Below are positions 62,000 to 64,000 of a DNA stretch of 64,000 bases, piece after piece. Below the pieces are notes generated by a model that worked only from the letters and a program-made list of their open reading frames with translations, was not told the DNA's origin and made no database searches. Location: contig JAEUHX010000087.1 in NCBI GenBank assembly GCA_016792805.1, positions 76,955 to 140,954 of the forward strand, written 5' to 3'. Position 1 is the first letter of the stretch; each line of letters opens with the position of its first letter. Origin of the DNA: Planctomycetota bacterium (GTDB lineage: Bacteria; Planctomycetota; UBA1135; JACQFD01). A program made the position numbers and the translations under genes.

Positions 62000-63028
62000 T
62001 TAGACCTCCCGAGCCGCGAGACCGACGGCCACGGCGAGCGACGCAGCACGAGCATTCAGCTCGTCGACGTCGAGTCGCGAGCCGTGCACCTTCAAGCCTT
62101 CGATTGGATTCCATGTTTGTGTTTTCTTCCCGGTGGCCCGCTCTAACGATTCCGCCACGGTGGGAGCAAGCGAGCCGCCTCCCGAGAGATACACCATTTC
62201 GACGGTGCCCTCGCCCTGATGCTCAAAATAGTCGAGCGAAAGGCTGATCTCGTTGCCGAGATCCGAGAGCGTCGGGCCGATGGCGTCCTCGATGTCCGCG
62301 GCTCGGTCGCCCGGGCCGCATTTGATGCGTTCAGCTTCGAAGGGCTCGACGGCGAGCTTGCGCGAGACGGCCTGCGTCATATCGGATCCCGCCATGTCGA
62401 CCTCGCGTACGAAGCGCGTCGTGCCGCCCGAGAGAATATTGACAATCGTCTTGCTCGATCCGATATCCACAAGTGCAATCGCGCCCTGCGGAGGCGGCGA
62501 GCCCGTCACACGGCCATGGATCTCAAACGCAGTCGCAAGCGCCAGGGCATCGACATCGATGGCGAGCGGGAGCAGACCGTGATCGACCATCATTTGTGCA
62601 TGGTCGGTCACGTGGCTCTTCTTCGCCGCGACGACGAGGACTCTCATCTCCGGCGGCGCATTGGGGTCTTGCGACTGCACGTCGCCGAGGGAGACCGCAT
62701 CGATCTGGCTCTCCTCAATCGGCCACGGAATGTACTTTTCGGCCTCGAAAGCTACAGCTCGCTGCAACTCCTCGTGCGACATCCTCACCATCGTGAGGAA
62801 GCGGGTGATCACCGCCTTGCCCGAGACGGCGGTCACAGTTCGCTTGCCGCCGAACTTCCCGCGCTTCAGGCATTCGCCGATGGCGTCTGCTCGGTTGGTA
62901 TCGCTCGCAACGTCGACGCGGGAGAATCCCGTGATCACGAGGTCATCGCGGTCGCGATGAACCTCGAGGATCTTCACAGCGGAAGATCCGACATCGACGG
63001 CGAGCACATTCTTGCGGGAACCGAACAC
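62000..63028 (-). CDS. pilM: PilM, actin-like ATPase-fold pilus assembly protein
   Basis: 342 aa. Motifs LAVDVGSSAVKILE, AIALVDIGSSKT and VYLSGGGS. Confidence 0.9.
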   Translation of the reverse strand: MFGSRKNVLAVDVGSSAVKILEVHRDRDDLVITGFSRVDVASDTNRADAIGECLKRGKFGGKRTVTAVSGKAVITRFLTMVRMSHEELQRAVAFEAEKYIPWPIEESQIDAVSLGDVQSQDPNAPPEMRVLVVAAKKSHVTDHAQMMVDHGLLPLAIDVDALALATAFEIHGRVTGSPPPQGAIALVDIGSSKTIVNILSGGTTRFVREVDMAGSDMTQAVSRKLAVEPFEAERIKCGPGDRAADIEDAIGPTLSDLGNEISLSLDYFEHQGEGTVEMVYLSGGGSLAPTVAESLERATGKKTQTWNPIEGLKVHGSRLDVDELNARAASLAVAVGLAAREV

Positions 63029-63179
63029 CCAGGCCTCCGCTGTCGGTGGTTGAAGCCGGCGCCCGGCGGGCGTCGGAGAAGTCCGACAGCGGCCGATCGA
63101 TCGGCTGATCAGTCGCCTTGGCTTGAGCAGGCCTCCTGCGAGGCGCCCCGATCGGAAAGAATTTCCAGCAGAGTCCCGA

Positions 63180-63207
63180 CTCCGGCGGCCGCGGCGCCGC
63201 GCCGGAG
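63180..63207 (-). other. 8-bp GC hairpin immediately after the ptsH stop
   Basis: CTCCGGCG-(12 nt)-CGCCGGAG lies 1-2 nt downstream of the TAA at 63209-63211. No adjacent T-tract. Confidence 0.3.
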
Positions 63208-63208
63208 A

Positions 63209-63490
63209 TTACCGCTCTTCGTCGAGCAGGCCGAAGCCGCGGGAGATCTCCACGCAGAGCGCCTCGACGGCTGCCGCTTCGTCGGCACCATCCGCTTCGA
63301 CCACGACGGGCGTATCTGGAAGCACTCCAAGGGTAAGCACCGAGATCACGCTTTTCGCGTTCGCGGTCTGCCCCGTCGCATGGATCGATATCTGTGAACT
63401 ATAGCGGTTGGCAATCTCGACGAGCCGAGTTGACGGCCGGGCGTGCAGCCCCTGCCGATTCACCACTCGCACCTCGCGGCGCACGGTCAC
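63209..63490 (-). CDS. ptsH: Phosphocarrier protein HPr/NPr
   Basis: 93 aa. Contains GLHARPS (His15 site) and ANAKSVISVLTLG (Ser46 site). GTGA overlap with ptsN. Confidence 0.9.
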   Translation of the reverse strand: MTVRREVRVVNRQGLHARPSTRLVEIANRYSSQISIHATGQTANAKSVISVLTLGVLPDTPVVVEADGADEAAAVEALCVEISRGFGLLDEER

Positions 63491-63951
63491 GCCGAGCCGA
63501 GCTCCTTCAACAATCCGATCATCTCGGCAGGCGACTTCGCCGCCGCCACAAAACGCCGGAAATCATCATTGCGGCCGAGTCGCGAGATCCACTGCAGCAG
63601 CCGCAGGTGCTCGCCAGCATCCTCAGCGGAGCGAACCACAAGAAAGACAATTCGAACGCGCTCCCCATCGATCGCCCGGAAGTCGAGCCCGCCCCGGTGG
63701 ATACCGAGACCCACTGCCATCTCTTGCAGCCCTTCCAGCTTGACATGGGGGATCGCAACGCCATTCCCGATGCCTGTCGAGCCGAGCTTCTCGCGCCGAC
63801 GGAGCGCCTCGAGCGCACGCGGCACCTCTTTCTTCGCAAGCCGGTTCGAATCCACGAGTGCATTCAGGATCTCCTGAAAACACTCATCGCTCGTCGTGGC
63901 CTTCAGATCGTGGAGGACAGTCTGCTCTGTAAAGAGCTCGGCGAACGTCAT
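63487..63951 (-). CDS. ptsN: PTS EIIA-Ntr (nitrogen regulatory IIA, PtsN)
   Basis: 154 aa. Contains REKLGSTGIGNGVAIPHVKL with the active-site His, and IVFLVV. Confidence 0.85.
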   Translation of the reverse strand: MTFAELFTEQTVLHDLKATTSDECFQEILNALVDSNRLAKKEVPRALEALRRREKLGSTGIGNGVAIPHVKLEGLQEMAVGLGIHRGGLDFRAIDGERVRIVFLVVRSAEDAGEHLRLLQWISRLGRNDDFRRFVAAAKSPAEMIGLLKELGSA

Positions 63952-64000
63952 TCGTAATTTCAGCTTGATGGTGAGATTTCAGCGCTCTCTGCAGCCGCAG

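Noticed and set aside
63952-64000. A possible 3' end of another minus-strand gene (...AAAESAEISPSS, stop at 63960) at the right edge.
   Set aside because: Only about 13 codons are visible, which is not enough to call a gene or a product.
1-64000. Scan for CRISPR arrays, IS elements or transposases, integrases, rRNA and tRNA genes, toxin-antitoxin or known defence-system genes.
   Set aside because: I saw no spacer-repeat periodicity, no DDE, tyrosine or serine recombinase motifs, and no rRNA- or tRNA-like sequences. The only sizeable repeats are the 150-bp inverted pair at 1754-1905 and 3441-3589 and the paralogous genes.

Overview
GC-rich bacterial chromosomal window, coded almost entirely on the minus strand. 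Only two small plus-strand islands interrupt it: proline dehydrogenase at 9.9-10.9 kb and HEAT-repeat protein plus TatD at 18.0-19.8 kb. I found no rRNA, tRNA, CRISPR array, transposase or integrase.

Left to right:
(1) 0-10 kb, envelope-related genes: an FG-GAP repeat protein cut by the window edge and absent from the ORF track, an HExxH (DUF1570-like) protein bracketed by a ~150-bp inverted repeat, a GT-C-type membrane glycosyltransferase, a polytopic membrane protein, a sulfatase-fold lipoprotein whose catalytic motifs look degenerate, a DASS/SLC13 transporter and CutA.
(2) 11-17.5 kb: metallophosphoesterase, NrnA-like DHH phosphoesterase, amidohydrolase and a ~1100-aa glycine-rich lipoprotein.
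(3) 19.8-40.1 kb, the accessory-looking part. This is a co-directional block with type IV pilus / T2SS-like genes: two tandem ~240-aa pilins, a TPR protein, PilC, a PilB/GspE-like protein with all ATPase motifs degenerate that is translationally coupled to an intact PilT, and a prepilin peptidase with a large S4-like insertion. Interleaved with these are an EF-G paralogue with an altered GTPase centre, an OmpA-domain lipoprotein and three more paralogous SbsA-Ig/beta-helix-like lipoproteins (600, 1148 and 1085 aa).
(4) 40-57 kb, housekeeping core: PyrB fused to a PyrI zinc domain, a Gfo/Idh/MocA oxidoreductase, fused LpxC-FabZ, Skp, BamA, DnaB, L9, S18, S6, Pth, L25, Prs, GlmU, RNase E/G and DUF2344.
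(5) 57.9-64 kb: secretin, a PilO-PilP fusion, PilN, PilM, then HPr and PtsN.

The best candidate for an undescribed system is the 20-kb pilus-like/giant-lipoprotein block, working with the distal pilMNOPQ module.

Lineage is only an inference. The DUF1570-like protein, fused LpxC-FabZ and the pilin type suggest a Planctomycetota-like or related diderm. All homology calls come from reading motifs by eye; no searches were run.
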